Assembly (NCBI GenBank): GCA_051866635.1
Contig: JBJDXJ010000052.1
Location: forward strand, 1-64,000
Length of the DNA stretch: 64,000 nt
Source of the DNA: Clostridia bacterium
GTDB lineage: Bacteria; Bacillota; Clostridia; UMGS1883
Direction of reading: 5' to 3'
The notes beneath the pieces are model-generated. The model did not search any database, was not told where the DNA came from, and was given only the letters and a program-made list of their open reading frames with translations. Position 1 is the stretch's first letter, and each line of letters opens with the position of its first letter. Below, piece by piece: positions 55,237 through 64,000 of this stretch. The position numbers and the translations under genes were made by a program.

Positions 55237-55779
55237 TTGCGGATAACTGATGCAAGACGGGATAGAAATTCAATTCTTTTAATTTTGGCATTTGTGTTTA
55301 CAACGGGAGTGGTGTTGGGTTCGGTTGCTTTTCTTTGTATGGATAAAGACATTTTAAATGCGATAAATGTGGGGATAAACACAAATTTTCACGACACTGA
55401 TTTTATGACGACATATAAAGAGAGCTTCATGGTGGAAATTCTTTGGGCAGGACTGGCTTTTTTGATTGGACAGATTGGTTTTTTAGTGCCTTTATCATCA
55501 TCGGTGTTGGCAGTACGTGGTTTTGTGCTAGGGTTTACGGTTTCCTTTGTTTTTGCCACGAGCGATAATTGTTTTAAAATACTTCTTAAAACCATCGTTC
55601 CCCAGTGTCTTTTTGGAATACCGCTGTTGACTTTTATTACCGTTTTTAACATTTTATGTTTTTTGGAAAATAAAAGAGGAAAAAGTACATACTGGAGCTG
55701 TGTTTGGCTAAGTGCTGTTACTTTTTTCGGGGCGGCACTTGTCGCCCTTGCCCAGACGGCAGCAACAAGGTTTTTATAA
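55237..55779 (+). CDS. spoIIM: Stage II sporulation protein M-like membrane protein
   Basis: Multi-TM protein with RGFVLGFTV...IVPQ; position upstream of xerD. Confidence 0.65.
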   Translation: MRITDARRDRNSILLILAFVFTTGVVLGSVAFLCMDKDILNAINVGINTNFHDTDFMTTYKESFMVEILWAGLAFLIGQIGFLVPLSSSVLAVRGFVLGFTVSFVFATSDNCFKILLKTIVPQCLFGIPLLTFITVFNILCFLENKRGKSTYWSCVWLSAVTFFGAALVALAQTAATRFL

Positions 55780-55873
55780 AAAATAAATAAAATGAAAAGC
55801 TTAATTTTTGTTATTTTGCCGATGTACTTTTTTAATTGTTTGGTGTAGAATTACTAAGTAGGAGGTGACAGAA

Positions 55874-56752
55874 GTGAAAGCATTTTTAAAGGAATATGAA
55901 AGCTTTTTAAAAGAAACATTGTCTGAGAATACAGTCTCTTCGTATATGGGAGATATTTACAAATTTACAAGTGAAATGAATCTTAAAAAACCAAAAGAAC
56001 TTTCTAAAGTTACAAAAACACAGCTTGAAGAATATATCATTCTTTTAAAAAGTCGTGGCAATGCCTATTCTTCAATATCAAGGACGATAGCTTCTCTTAA
56101 AAAATTTTATGGCTATTGCGTGGATAGAGGGATTGTTCACGATAATATTGCCTTTAATATGGAAACACCAAAACAAAAAAGGAAGCTTCCGGACACGTTG
56201 TCTATGGGGGATGTTGAAAAGCTTCTGAACTCACCTAAGGGAGACAGTGTAAAAGGTATGCGTGATAAGGCAATGCTTGAGGTTATGTATGCAACAGGTG
56301 CCAGAGTCAGCGAACTGATAAGCCTTAAGGTAAGCGATGTCAGCTTGAAAAACGAAATGGTAATGCTGTCTTCAGGAAAAAATCACAGATTTGTTCCGAT
56401 AGGAAAGATTGCATCAAATGCTGTTGTTGATTATTTGCGTTTCTCCCGAAAAGAAATTCATCATTCAAATGAAAGCGATGTTCTGTTTCTGAACTTTTAC
56501 GGTAACCCTCTTACAAGACAGGGGTTCTGGAAAATTGTGAAATATTATATAAATAAATCAGGTATAAAAGGAAACATTACTCCACAAACCTTAAGGCACA
56601 GTTTTGCACTTCACCTTCTGACAAACGGAGCTGATATGGATTCTGTCTCAGAAATGCTCGGATACAGTGACAGTACATCAGCTAAGATTTATATTGAGGT
56701 TATGAATAACAAAATTAAAGAGGTGTATCGTAAAGCACACCCAAGGGCATAA
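55874..56752 (+). CDS. xerD: XerD/RipX-like tyrosine recombinase with altered catalytic residues
   Basis: LSENTVSSY, RDKAMLEVMYATGARVSEL, LTRQGFWK and TPQTLRHSFA...MLGY...IY; GTG start after GGAGG. Confidence 0.8.
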   Translation: MKAFLKEYESFLKETLSENTVSSYMGDIYKFTSEMNLKKPKELSKVTKTQLEEYIILLKSRGNAYSSISRTIASLKKFYGYCVDRGIVHDNIAFNMETPKQKRKLPDTLSMGDVEKLLNSPKGDSVKGMRDKAMLEVMYATGARVSELISLKVSDVSLKNEMVMLSSGKNHRFVPIGKIASNAVVDYLRFSRKEIHHSNESDVLFLNFYGNPLTRQGFWKIVKYYINKSGIKGNITPQTLRHSFALHLLTNGADMDSVSEMLGYSDSTSAKIYIEVMNNKIKEVYRKAHPRA

Positions 56753-56776
56753 AATCCGCACTGTTGCGGATTTTTT
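56751..56776 (+). terminator. Rho-independent terminator
   Basis: AAAATCCGCA-CTGT-TGCGGATTTTTT. Confidence 0.8.
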
Positions 56777-56841
56777 GTATTTTGTAGACATATGGGATTA
56801 AGTGTGATACAATATACACAGTACATTTCAAGGAGATAGTT

Positions 56842-58050
56842 ATGCGTACAATTTTACATTGTGATTGTAATTCTTTTTTTGCATCAGTGGAAAGTATGTA
56901 CAATCCCGAGTTAAAAAATATACCTATGGCTGTGGGCGGCAGTGAAGAAAGCCGTAAAGGTATCATACTGGCGAAAAACGAAGCCGCAAAGAAATACGGC
57001 GTAGTTACGGCAGAGACTATATGGTCTGCCAAGAAAAAATGCCCTCAGCTTGTGGTGGTTAGCCCACATTACGACAGATATGTTGCCGTTTCCGAAAAGG
57101 TTAATGAAATATATAAAGAATACAGCGAGTTTGTAGAGCCTTTTGGCATTGATGAATCATGGATTGATGTAACTGATGTAAAGGAGCTTTTCGGCGATGG
57201 AAAAACAATAGCAGATACTATACGAAAAAGGGTACGGGAAGAAATTGGCATAACTGTTTCTGTGGGGGTAAGCTTTACAAAGTCTTTCGCAAAATTAGGC
57301 AGTGACTATAAAAAGCCCGATGCCACCACTGTTATAGATCGTGATGATGTTGAAACAATTGTATACCCGCAGAATTTAAACTGCCTTCTTTTTGCAGGGG
57401 AGAAAATATGTGCAGAATTTAATAAGTACGGTATTGTAACGATAGGTGATCTTGCACGGTGCGATAAAAGTTTTATCGAAAAGCACTTTGGTAAAAACGG
57501 GATGCTTTTGTATAATTATGCAAAGGGAAACGATGAAGATAAGGTACATAGTGTATACGACAAGGAAGAAATAAAATCCGTTGGCAATTCCTACACTTTT
57601 CCATATGATTTGACAGATAAAGATGATATAAGTCATGCTTTTACATGGCTTAGCGATGTTGTTTCAGGCAGAATGAGGAAATTGAAAGTAAGATGCAGTG
57701 TGGTTGGTATTACAATTAAGGATGAAAACTTTAAAACCATAAATAGACAGATGACAATTTCCAATCCCACAAATCACAGAAAGGATTTGAAAAAGTATGC
57801 TATGGACTTATTTTTAGAGGTGTGGAAAGGCAATAACGGGATAAGGCTTTTGGGAATAACAGGGTCTAATTTAATCCGTGATGGGGAAGAACAAACGTCA
57901 CTTTTTAGCTTTGGCGAAGATGAAAAGAAAGAAAAACTTGAGACAGCTATTGATTCGATACGTGAAAAATTCGGTACAAATGCTGTGAAAATAGCATCAA
58001 GTGACAAATTTAACTCAAAATATGCTTCCGATGATAAAGAAAACAACTAA
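56842..58050 (+). CDS. dinB: DNA polymerase IV
   Basis: ILHCDCNSFFASVE, GIDESWID and AKLGSDYKKPD motifs. Confidence 0.93.
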   Translation: MRTILHCDCNSFFASVESMYNPELKNIPMAVGGSEESRKGIILAKNEAAKKYGVVTAETIWSAKKKCPQLVVVSPHYDRYVAVSEKVNEIYKEYSEFVEPFGIDESWIDVTDVKELFGDGKTIADTIRKRVREEIGITVSVGVSFTKSFAKLGSDYKKPDATTVIDRDDVETIVYPQNLNCLLFAGEKICAEFNKYGIVTIGDLARCDKSFIEKHFGKNGMLLYNYAKGNDEDKVHSVYDKEEIKSVGNSYTFPYDLTDKDDISHAFTWLSDVVSGRMRKLKVRCSVVGITIKDENFKTINRQMTISNPTNHRKDLKKYAMDLFLEVWKGNNGIRLLGITGSNLIRDGEEQTSLFSFGEDEKKEKLETAIDSIREKFGTNAVKIASSDKFNSKYASDDKENN

Positions 58051-58131
58051 ACTTAGTGGATTGCTATTGACATAAAACACCTATTTTTGATAAAATAAGA
58101 TGAATATTTTTAAAAGAAATGAGGACTTGGT

Positions 58132-58635
58132 ATGAAGACTCCTAAAGTAGCCCTTATAATGGGTAGCGACTCTGACTTTGAAGCAGTTAAGCCTTGTATA
58201 AAAAGACTTAAAAGTTTCGGCATTGAAACAGTTGTGCGTGTTTTATCAGCACACAGAACACCTGAGGAATCTAAAGAATTTGCTACAAATGCAGAGGCAA
58301 ACGGTTTTGACTGCATTATTGCGGCGGCAGGAAAGGCTGCACATCTTCCCGGTGTGCTTGCGGCATTTACAACGCTTCCGGTAATAGGTATTCCGATTAA
58401 GTCCTCCACTATGGACGGGATGGATTCTTTATTTTCAATCGTTCAGATGCCTCCGGGAATTCCCGTGGCAACAGTTGCAATTAACGGTAGCGATAATGCC
58501 GCTATACTTGCGTGCCAAATTCTTTCTCTCCGATATGAAGAATTAGGCGAGAAATTAAAGGAATTAAAAGTCCAAATGCGTGCAAAGGTTCTGGAAAAGG
58601 ATGCAAAAATTCAGGCTCTTGCCGATGAGATATAA
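58132..58635 (+). CDS. purE: N5-CAIR mutase / AIR carboxylase
   Basis: MGSDSD, SAHRTP, AGKAAHLPG and VQMPPGIPVATV motifs. Confidence 0.96.
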   Translation: MKTPKVALIMGSDSDFEAVKPCIKRLKSFGIETVVRVLSAHRTPEESKEFATNAEANGFDCIIAAAGKAAHLPGVLAAFTTLPVIGIPIKSSTMDGMDSLFSIVQMPPGIPVATVAINGSDNAAILACQILSLRYEELGEKLKELKVQMRAKVLEKDAKIQALADEI

Positions 58636-58653
58636 AAGAGAGGAAAGATTAAG

Positions 58654-59685
58654 ATGAGTGAAAGTTATAAGAATGCCGGCGTTGACGTTGAAGCCGGTTA
58701 TGAAGCTGTCAGATTGATGAAGGCTGATGTTAAGAAAACATTTATTGATGGTGTTATGGGCGATATAGGTGGTTTTGGCGGATTGTTCTCCCTTAACAAG
58801 GATGAATATGAAGAACCTGTTTTGGTGTCCGGTACAGACGGTGTAGGAACAAAGCTTCGCCTTGCTTTTATTGCTGACAAGCACGACACTGTTGGTATTG
58901 ATGCTGTTGCAATGTGCGTTAATGACGTTGTATGTAGCGGTGCTAAGCCTCTTTTCTTCCTTGACTATGTTGCAGTAGGTAAAAATGTGCCCGAAAAGGT
59001 TGCAACAATTGTAAAGGGTGTAGCTGACGGCTGTGTTCAGGCAGGCTGTGCTCTTGTAGGCGGTGAAACTGCGGAAATGCCCGGTTTTTACCCTGTTGAT
59101 GAATATGACATTGCAGGCTTTACTGTAGGTATTGTTGACAAAAAGAAGATTATCGACGGCAGTAAGCTCACTGAAGGTGATGCACTTATAGGCATTGCAT
59201 CTTCAGGTGTTCATTCAAACGGTTTTTCTCTTGTAAGAAAGGTTTTTGATATAACAGAGGGCAACGAAAAACTCAATGAATATGTTGATTCTTTAGGCGA
59301 TACACTTCTTAACACACTGCTTACACCTACAAAGATTTACGTTAAGAGTGCGTTGAAACTTATTGAAGAATGTGATGTAAAGGCAATTTCTCACATTACA
59401 GGCGGTGGCTTCTATGAAAACATTCCCAGGATGTTAACAGGTGGCTTTAAGGCAGTTATAAAGAAGGACTCCTTTGAAATTCTTCCTATATTCAAGCTTT
59501 TACAGGAAACAGGAAATATCCCCGAAAGAGATATGTTCAACACATTTAACATGGGTATCGGTATGATTGCCGCTGTTTCTAAAGAAGACGCACAAAAGGC
59601 TGTTGATGTTCTTACTGCCATGGGCGAAAAGGCATACATCATAGGAGAAGTTAAAAAAGGCGAAAACGGAGTAGAACTTATATGA
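58654..59685 (+). CDS. purM: AIR synthetase
   Basis: [24 protein letters not shown] and HITGGG motifs. Confidence 0.96.
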   Translation: MSESYKNAGVDVEAGYEAVRLMKADVKKTFIDGVMGDIGGFGGLFSLNKDEYEEPVLVSGTDGVGTKLRLAFIADKHDTVGIDAVAMCVNDVVCSGAKPLFFLDYVAVGKNVPEKVATIVKGVADGCVQAGCALVGGETAEMPGFYPVDEYDIAGFTVGIVDKKKIIDGSKLTEGDALIGIASSGVHSNGFSLVRKVFDITEGNEKLNEYVDSLGDTLLNTLLTPTKIYVKSALKLIEECDVKAISHITGGGFYENIPRMLTGGFKAVIKKDSFEILPIFKLLQETGNIPERDMFNTFNMGIGMIAAVSKEDAQKAVDVLTAMGEKAYIIGEVKKGENGVELI

Positions 59686-60272
59686 AAAGAATAGGTGTAC
59701 TTGTATCAGGCGGTGGTACAAATCTCCAGGCGATTATTGACGCTTGTGAAAACGGCACTATTAAATCCGGAAAGGTTGTTACCGTTGTTTCAAATAAAAA
59801 GGATGTATACGCCTTAGAAAGGGCAAAAAATGCGGGCATTGAGGGCGTGGTTATAGAAAAGAAATCCTTTGATTCTTTAGCTGAATTTGATAAGGCTCTG
59901 TGCGACCACATGAAATCAAGGAATGTTGACCTTATTGTTATGGCAGGCTTTTTATGCATAGTAGGGGATAAGTTTATAGGGGAGTTTGAAAACAGAATTA
60001 TAAACATTCATCCTTCACTTATTCCTTCTTTCTGCGGTGCAGGCTTTTACGGATTAAAGGTTCATGAAGCGGCATTAAACTACGGTGTAAAGGTGTCAGG
60101 TGCCACTGTACACTATGTAACAGGCGTTGTTGACGGTGGTAAGATTATTAAGCAAAAGGCTGTATATGTTCAAGAGGGTGATACCCCCGAAACACTTCAG
60201 AAACGTATTATGGAAGAAGCAGAGTGGAAAATTCTTCCCGAGGCAATTGAAGAAATTTGTGCATCAATATAA
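59682..60272 (+). CDS. purN: GAR transformylase
   Basis: [16 protein letters not shown] and GATVH motifs. Confidence 0.96.
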   Translation: MKRIGVLVSGGGTNLQAIIDACENGTIKSGKVVTVVSNKKDVYALERAKNAGIEGVVIEKKSFDSLAEFDKALCDHMKSRNVDLIVMAGFLCIVGDKFIGEFENRIINIHPSLIPSFCGAGFYGLKVHEAALNYGVKVSGATVHYVTGVVDGGKIIKQKAVYVQEGDTPETLQKRIMEEAEWKILPEAIEEICASI

Positions 60273-60289
60273 AAGAAAGGACAGTTGAA

Positions 60290-60994
60290 ATGATACTTTC
60301 AGAAGAACTTAAAAATAATTCGTACCCGGGACGAGGTATTGTAATAGGTAAAAGTGCATGCGGTAAGTATGCGGTTACGGCATATTTTATAATGGGCAGA
60401 AGCGAAAACAGCAGAAACAGGGTTTTTGTAGAAGATGGAGAAGGCATAAGAACAGAAGCCTTTGACCCTTCCAAGCTTACAGACCCACATTTGATTATTT
60501 ATGCTCCTGTAAGGGTTTTGGGCAACAAAACCATAGTGACAAACGGTGACCAGACTGATACAATCTATGAACTTATGGATCAGCAGTTGACATTTGAACA
60601 GGCACTTCGTACACGTGAATTTGAAGATGATGCCCCCAACTACACACCAAGAATTTCAGGCATATTAAAAGTGGAAAACGGAAATTACAGCTATGCAATG
60701 AGTATTCTTAAAAGTAATAACGGCAACCCAAAGTCATGCCAAAGATTTACATTCTCTTATAAAAATCCCGTAAACGGTGAAGGTCACTTTATTCACACAT
60801 ATATGGGCGACGGAAGTCCCCTTCCTTCTTTTAAGGGCGAGCCTAAGGATGTTGTTATAAATGAGGACATTGACTCTTTTACAAACACAATCTGGAATTC
60901 TTTAAACGAAGAAAATAAGGTGTCTCTCTTTGTGCGTTACATAAATATTAACGACGGAACATATGAAACACGTATTATAAACAAAAATAAGTAA
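60290..60994 (+). CDS. purO: PurO-like IMP cyclohydrolase
   Basis: YPGRGI, YFIMGRSENSRNR, NGDQTD and PNYTPRISG motifs. Confidence 0.85.
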   Translation: MILSEELKNNSYPGRGIVIGKSACGKYAVTAYFIMGRSENSRNRVFVEDGEGIRTEAFDPSKLTDPHLIIYAPVRVLGNKTIVTNGDQTDTIYELMDQQLTFEQALRTREFEDDAPNYTPRISGILKVENGNYSYAMSILKSNNGNPKSCQRFTFSYKNPVNGEGHFIHTYMGDGSPLPSFKGEPKDVVINEDIDSFTNTIWNSLNEENKVSLFVRYININDGTYETRIINKNK

Positions 60995-61005
60995 GGAGAA
61001 AGAAC

Positions 61006-62178
61006 ATGAATTCTATGCAGTTAAAATACGGTTGTAACCCCAACCAGACGCCTTCTCGCGTTTATGTTGAAAACGGCGAGCTTCCCATTGAAGTTTTAAA
61101 CGGTAACCCCGGTTATATAAATCTTCTTGACGCTTTTAACGGCTGGCAGCTTGTAAGAGAGCTTAAGAAGGCAACCGGACTTCCTGCGGCTACAAGCTTT
61201 AAGCACGTTTCCCCTGCAGGTGCGGCTGTTGGTGAGCCTCTTTCCGACACATTGAAAAAGATTTACTTCGTGGAAGATAAAGAGCTTTCACCATTGGCAT
61301 GTGCATACGCACGAGCAAGAGGTGCTGACAGAATGAGTTCCTTTGGTGATTTTGTTGCACTCAGCGATGTATGTGATGTGCCCACAGCTATGCTTTTAAA
61401 GCCTGAAGTAAGTGACGGTATTATTGCCCCCGGTTATGAACCTGAAGCACTTGAGATTTTAAAAAGCAAAAGAAGAGGAACATACAATATTATTAAAATT
61501 GATGAAAACTACAAGCCTGACCCTATTGAACGCAAGCAGGTGTTCGGTGTTACATTTGAACAGGGCAGAAACGAGCTTGACATAAACGCTGATATGCTTA
61601 CAGAAGTTGTCACAGAGAATAAAGAAATTCCGGATAGTGCAAAGCGTGACCTACTTATTGCACTTATTACACTTAAGTATACACAGTCCAACTCCGTTTG
61701 CTATGCGAAGGACGGACAGGCTATAGGTATCGGTGCAGGTCAGCAAAGTAGAATTCACTGTACACGTCTTGCCGGCAGTAAAGCTGACAACTGGTGGCTT
61801 CGTCAGTCTCCCCGGGTTCTTAATCTTAAGTTTTTGGAAACAGTTGGTAAACCTGACAGAGACAACGCCATTGACGTATATATGTCCGATGATTATATGG
61901 ATGTTTTAGCTGACGGTGTATGGGAAAACATTTTTGCAGAAAAGCCCCCTGTTTTCACACGTGAGGAAAAGAGAGCATGGCTTGATAAGAATACTAATGT
62001 TGCACTGGGTTCCGATGCGTTCTTCCCCTTTGGTGACAACATTGAAAGAGCTTATAAGAGTGGTGTTAAATATATTGCACAGCCCGGCGGAAGTAAGCGT
62101 GACGATATAGTTATTGAAACATGCAATCGTTTCGGTATTGCAATGTGTATGACACATAACAGATTGTTCCATCATTGA
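61006..62178 (+). CDS. purH: AICAR transformylase (PurH lacking the IMP cyclohydrolase domain)
   Basis: Starts at LKYGCNPNQ; SFKHVSPAG, SDAFFPF and QPGGS motifs. Confidence 0.9.
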   Translation: MNSMQLKYGCNPNQTPSRVYVENGELPIEVLNGNPGYINLLDAFNGWQLVRELKKATGLPAATSFKHVSPAGAAVGEPLSDTLKKIYFVEDKELSPLACAYARARGADRMSSFGDFVALSDVCDVPTAMLLKPEVSDGIIAPGYEPEALEILKSKRRGTYNIIKIDENYKPDPIERKQVFGVTFEQGRNELDINADMLTEVVTENKEIPDSAKRDLLIALITLKYTQSNSVCYAKDGQAIGIGAGQQSRIHCTRLAGSKADNWWLRQSPRVLNLKFLETVGKPDRDNAIDVYMSDDYMDVLADGVWENIFAEKPPVFTREEKRAWLDKNTNVALGSDAFFPFGDNIERAYKSGVKYIAQPGGSKRDDIVIETCNRFGIAMCMTHNRLFHH

Positions 62179-62193
62179 TTTTGGAGGTACGCA

Positions 62194-63459
62194 ATGAAAG
62201 TTTTAGTTGTAGGTGGCGGCGGACGAGAACATACAATTGTATGGAAGCTTTCCCAAAGCCCTAAGGTTGATAAAATCTACTGTGCCCCGGGCAATGCAGG
62301 AATTGCTTCTTTGGCACAATGTGTTCCGATAAAAGCTACAGATGTTGACAAAATGGTTGATTTTGCGGCAGAAAATAAAATAGATATGGTAATGGTTGCA
62401 CCTGACGACCCCCTTGTTCTCGGTATGGTTGATGCTATGGAGGAAAAGGGTATAAGAGCCTTCGGTCCCAAGAAAAATGCGGCTATTATCGAAGGAAGTA
62501 AGGTTTTCTCCAAGGACCTTATGAAAAAGTACAACATTCCCACAGCAAAGTACGAAGTATTTGACAATGCGGAAGAAGCAATTAAATACCTTCAAACCGC
62601 ACCTATCCCTACAGTTATCAAGGCTGAAGGTCTGGCACTGGGTAAGGGTGTTATTATTGCAAATACATTAGAAGAAGCTGAAAAAGCCGTCCACGATATG
62701 ATGGAAGACAAGGTTTTCGGTAACGCCGGTAGCCGAATTGTCATCGAAGAGTTTTTGACAGGTCCCGAAGTTTCCGTTCTTGCTTTTACAGACGGTAAAA
62801 CAATTAAGCCCATGGTTTCAGCTCAGGACCATAAGCGTGCTTATGACAATGATCAGGGCTTGAATACAGGCGGTATGGGAACTTTTTCTCCCTCAAGGAT
62901 TTATGACGAAAAAATGGCTGAGGAATGTATGAATAACATCTTCCTTCCTACAATGGATGCCATGAACAAAGAGGGCAGAACCTTCAAGGGTGTTTTGTAT
63001 TTCGGACTTATGGCAACAAAAGACGGTGTAAAGGTTATTGAATATAACTGCCGTTTCGGCGACCCGGAAACACAGGTTGTTCTTCCTCGTCTTGAAAGTG
63101 ACTTGTATGAAATTTTTGACGCAATCATTGACGAAAGACTTTCGGAAATTGACATAAAGTGGCGTGATGGCGGTGCTGTGTGCGTTGTTTGTGCAAGTGG
63201 CGGTTACCCTGTTAAATATGACTCAGGCTTTGAAATTACAGGAATTTCTGATGCAGAAGCATTGGGCGATATTACAGTTTTCCATGCAGGCACAAAAATG
63301 CAGGACGGTAAGCTGGTTACGGCAGGCGGCAGAGTTTTAGGTGTTACAGCTGTTGCAGACAGCCTTGACAATGCCATTGTAAAAGCATACGAGGGTGTTA
63401 AGAAAATACATTTCGATAAAATGCATTACAGAAATGATATTGGTATAAAAAAGTATTGA
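62194..63459 (+). CDS. purD: Phosphoribosylamine-glycine ligase
   Basis: GGGGREH, GLALGKGV, NTGGMG and EYNCRFGDPE motifs. Confidence 0.96.
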   Translation: MKVLVVGGGGREHTIVWKLSQSPKVDKIYCAPGNAGIASLAQCVPIKATDVDKMVDFAAENKIDMVMVAPDDPLVLGMVDAMEEKGIRAFGPKKNAAIIEGSKVFSKDLMKKYNIPTAKYEVFDNAEEAIKYLQTAPIPTVIKAEGLALGKGVIIANTLEEAEKAVHDMMEDKVFGNAGSRIVIEEFLTGPEVSVLAFTDGKTIKPMVSAQDHKRAYDNDQGLNTGGMGTFSPSRIYDEKMAEECMNNIFLPTMDAMNKEGRTFKGVLYFGLMATKDGVKVIEYNCRFGDPETQVVLPRLESDLYEIFDAIIDERLSEIDIKWRDGGAVCVVCASGGYPVKYDSGFEITGISDAEALGDITVFHAGTKMQDGKLVTAGGRVLGVTAVADSLDNAIVKAYEGVKKIHFDKMHYRNDIGIKKY

Positions 63460-63460
63460 T

Positions 63461-64000
63461 ATGAACAAGAATACACAAAATAAAATTTCATTTTTCCTTT
63501 CCGTTCTGGAAGAAAGGTTTCAGAACGGAGAGGAATATTTCCTCGGTATTGATATAAGCTTTAAATCAGGTACAAAGTCATTCCCTGCAAAGGCTGTAAA
63601 AGAAGGGGATAGCTTCATATTTATTCACAATGCACAAAAAAGTGATTTCAGTTGGAGTTTGATACCTAAGGCGGCTGAAAACTATGACTCTATGCACCTT
63701 GTTTACAAAGAACGTGGTACAAATGCAGTTATAGATGCCAACGACAGAAATGTTACTTTAAAATATGAGGATTCTGCCAAGGAAGAAGAGGAGGTTACCT
63801 CAACTGTCAAAAATAGTCGTAATTATCTCATAAAACCACCTAAGGCAAATGTGCTTTTAAAGGAAATAGGCATTATGGGCGAAAACGGGAAAATCAAGAA
63901 CGATATGGTCAGAAAGTATAACCAGATTGACCATTTTGTTGAATTAATCTCTGACCATTTAAAGCGTCTTGAGGGCAAGGTAGAGGTACTGGATTGTGCT
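63461..64000 (+). CDS. Partial SAM-dependent methyltransferase-like protein (runs off the window; not in the ORF track)
   Basis: Frame open from MNKNTQNK to GIMGENGKIKNDMVRKYNQIDHFVELI...VEVLDCA, the start of motif I. Confidence 0.7.
   Translation, partial: MNKNTQNKISFFLSVLEERFQNGEEYFLGIDISFKSGTKSFPAKAVKEGDSFIFIHNAQKSDFSWSLIPKAAENYDSMHLVYKERGTNAVIDANDRNVTLKYEDSAKEEEEVTSTVKNSRNYLIKPPKANVLLKEIGIMGENGKIKNDMVRKYNQIDHFVELISDHLKRLEGKVEVLDCA

Overview
Chromosomal segment of an AT-rich, spore-forming Clostridia bacterium, probably a gut plant-glycan/pectin degrader (inferred from spmAB, cwlD-pdaB, spoIIM-xerD, abrB, SLH proteins and GH78/GH105/GH43/GH127 enzymes). Most of it is housekeeping: two tRNAs, 6S RNA, gatCAB, alr, mnmA, mtaB, nfo, trk/ktr, rpmF, mbl/mreB, proC, dinB and a purE-M-N-O-H-D operon. 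No CRISPR array, prophage or intact transposase was seen. The best candidate for an undescribed system is a tightly packed operon at ~2.4-8.7 kb. It encodes a membrane-anchored unknown protein, a small alarmone synthetase (RelA/SpoT domain), an overlapping small alarmone hydrolase (HD), a STAS protein and a multi-sensor membrane PP2C phosphatase fused to an RsbW-type kinase, but no sigma factor. This suggests partner-switching control of (p)ppGpp-type signalling, or a guarded toxSAS module. Other points of interest: a shared ~90-aa module ending in K/R-x-F/M-x-W...PL on two secreted glycosidases, a palindromic MITE-like element before gatC, a mosaic islet after tRNA-Arg (nested palindrome, attenuator-like leader, GNAT gene, ~90-bp copy of pdaB), a probable ATA start for spmA, and a XerD with altered catalytic histidines. 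All calls come from reading sequence motifs by eye; no database searches were run.
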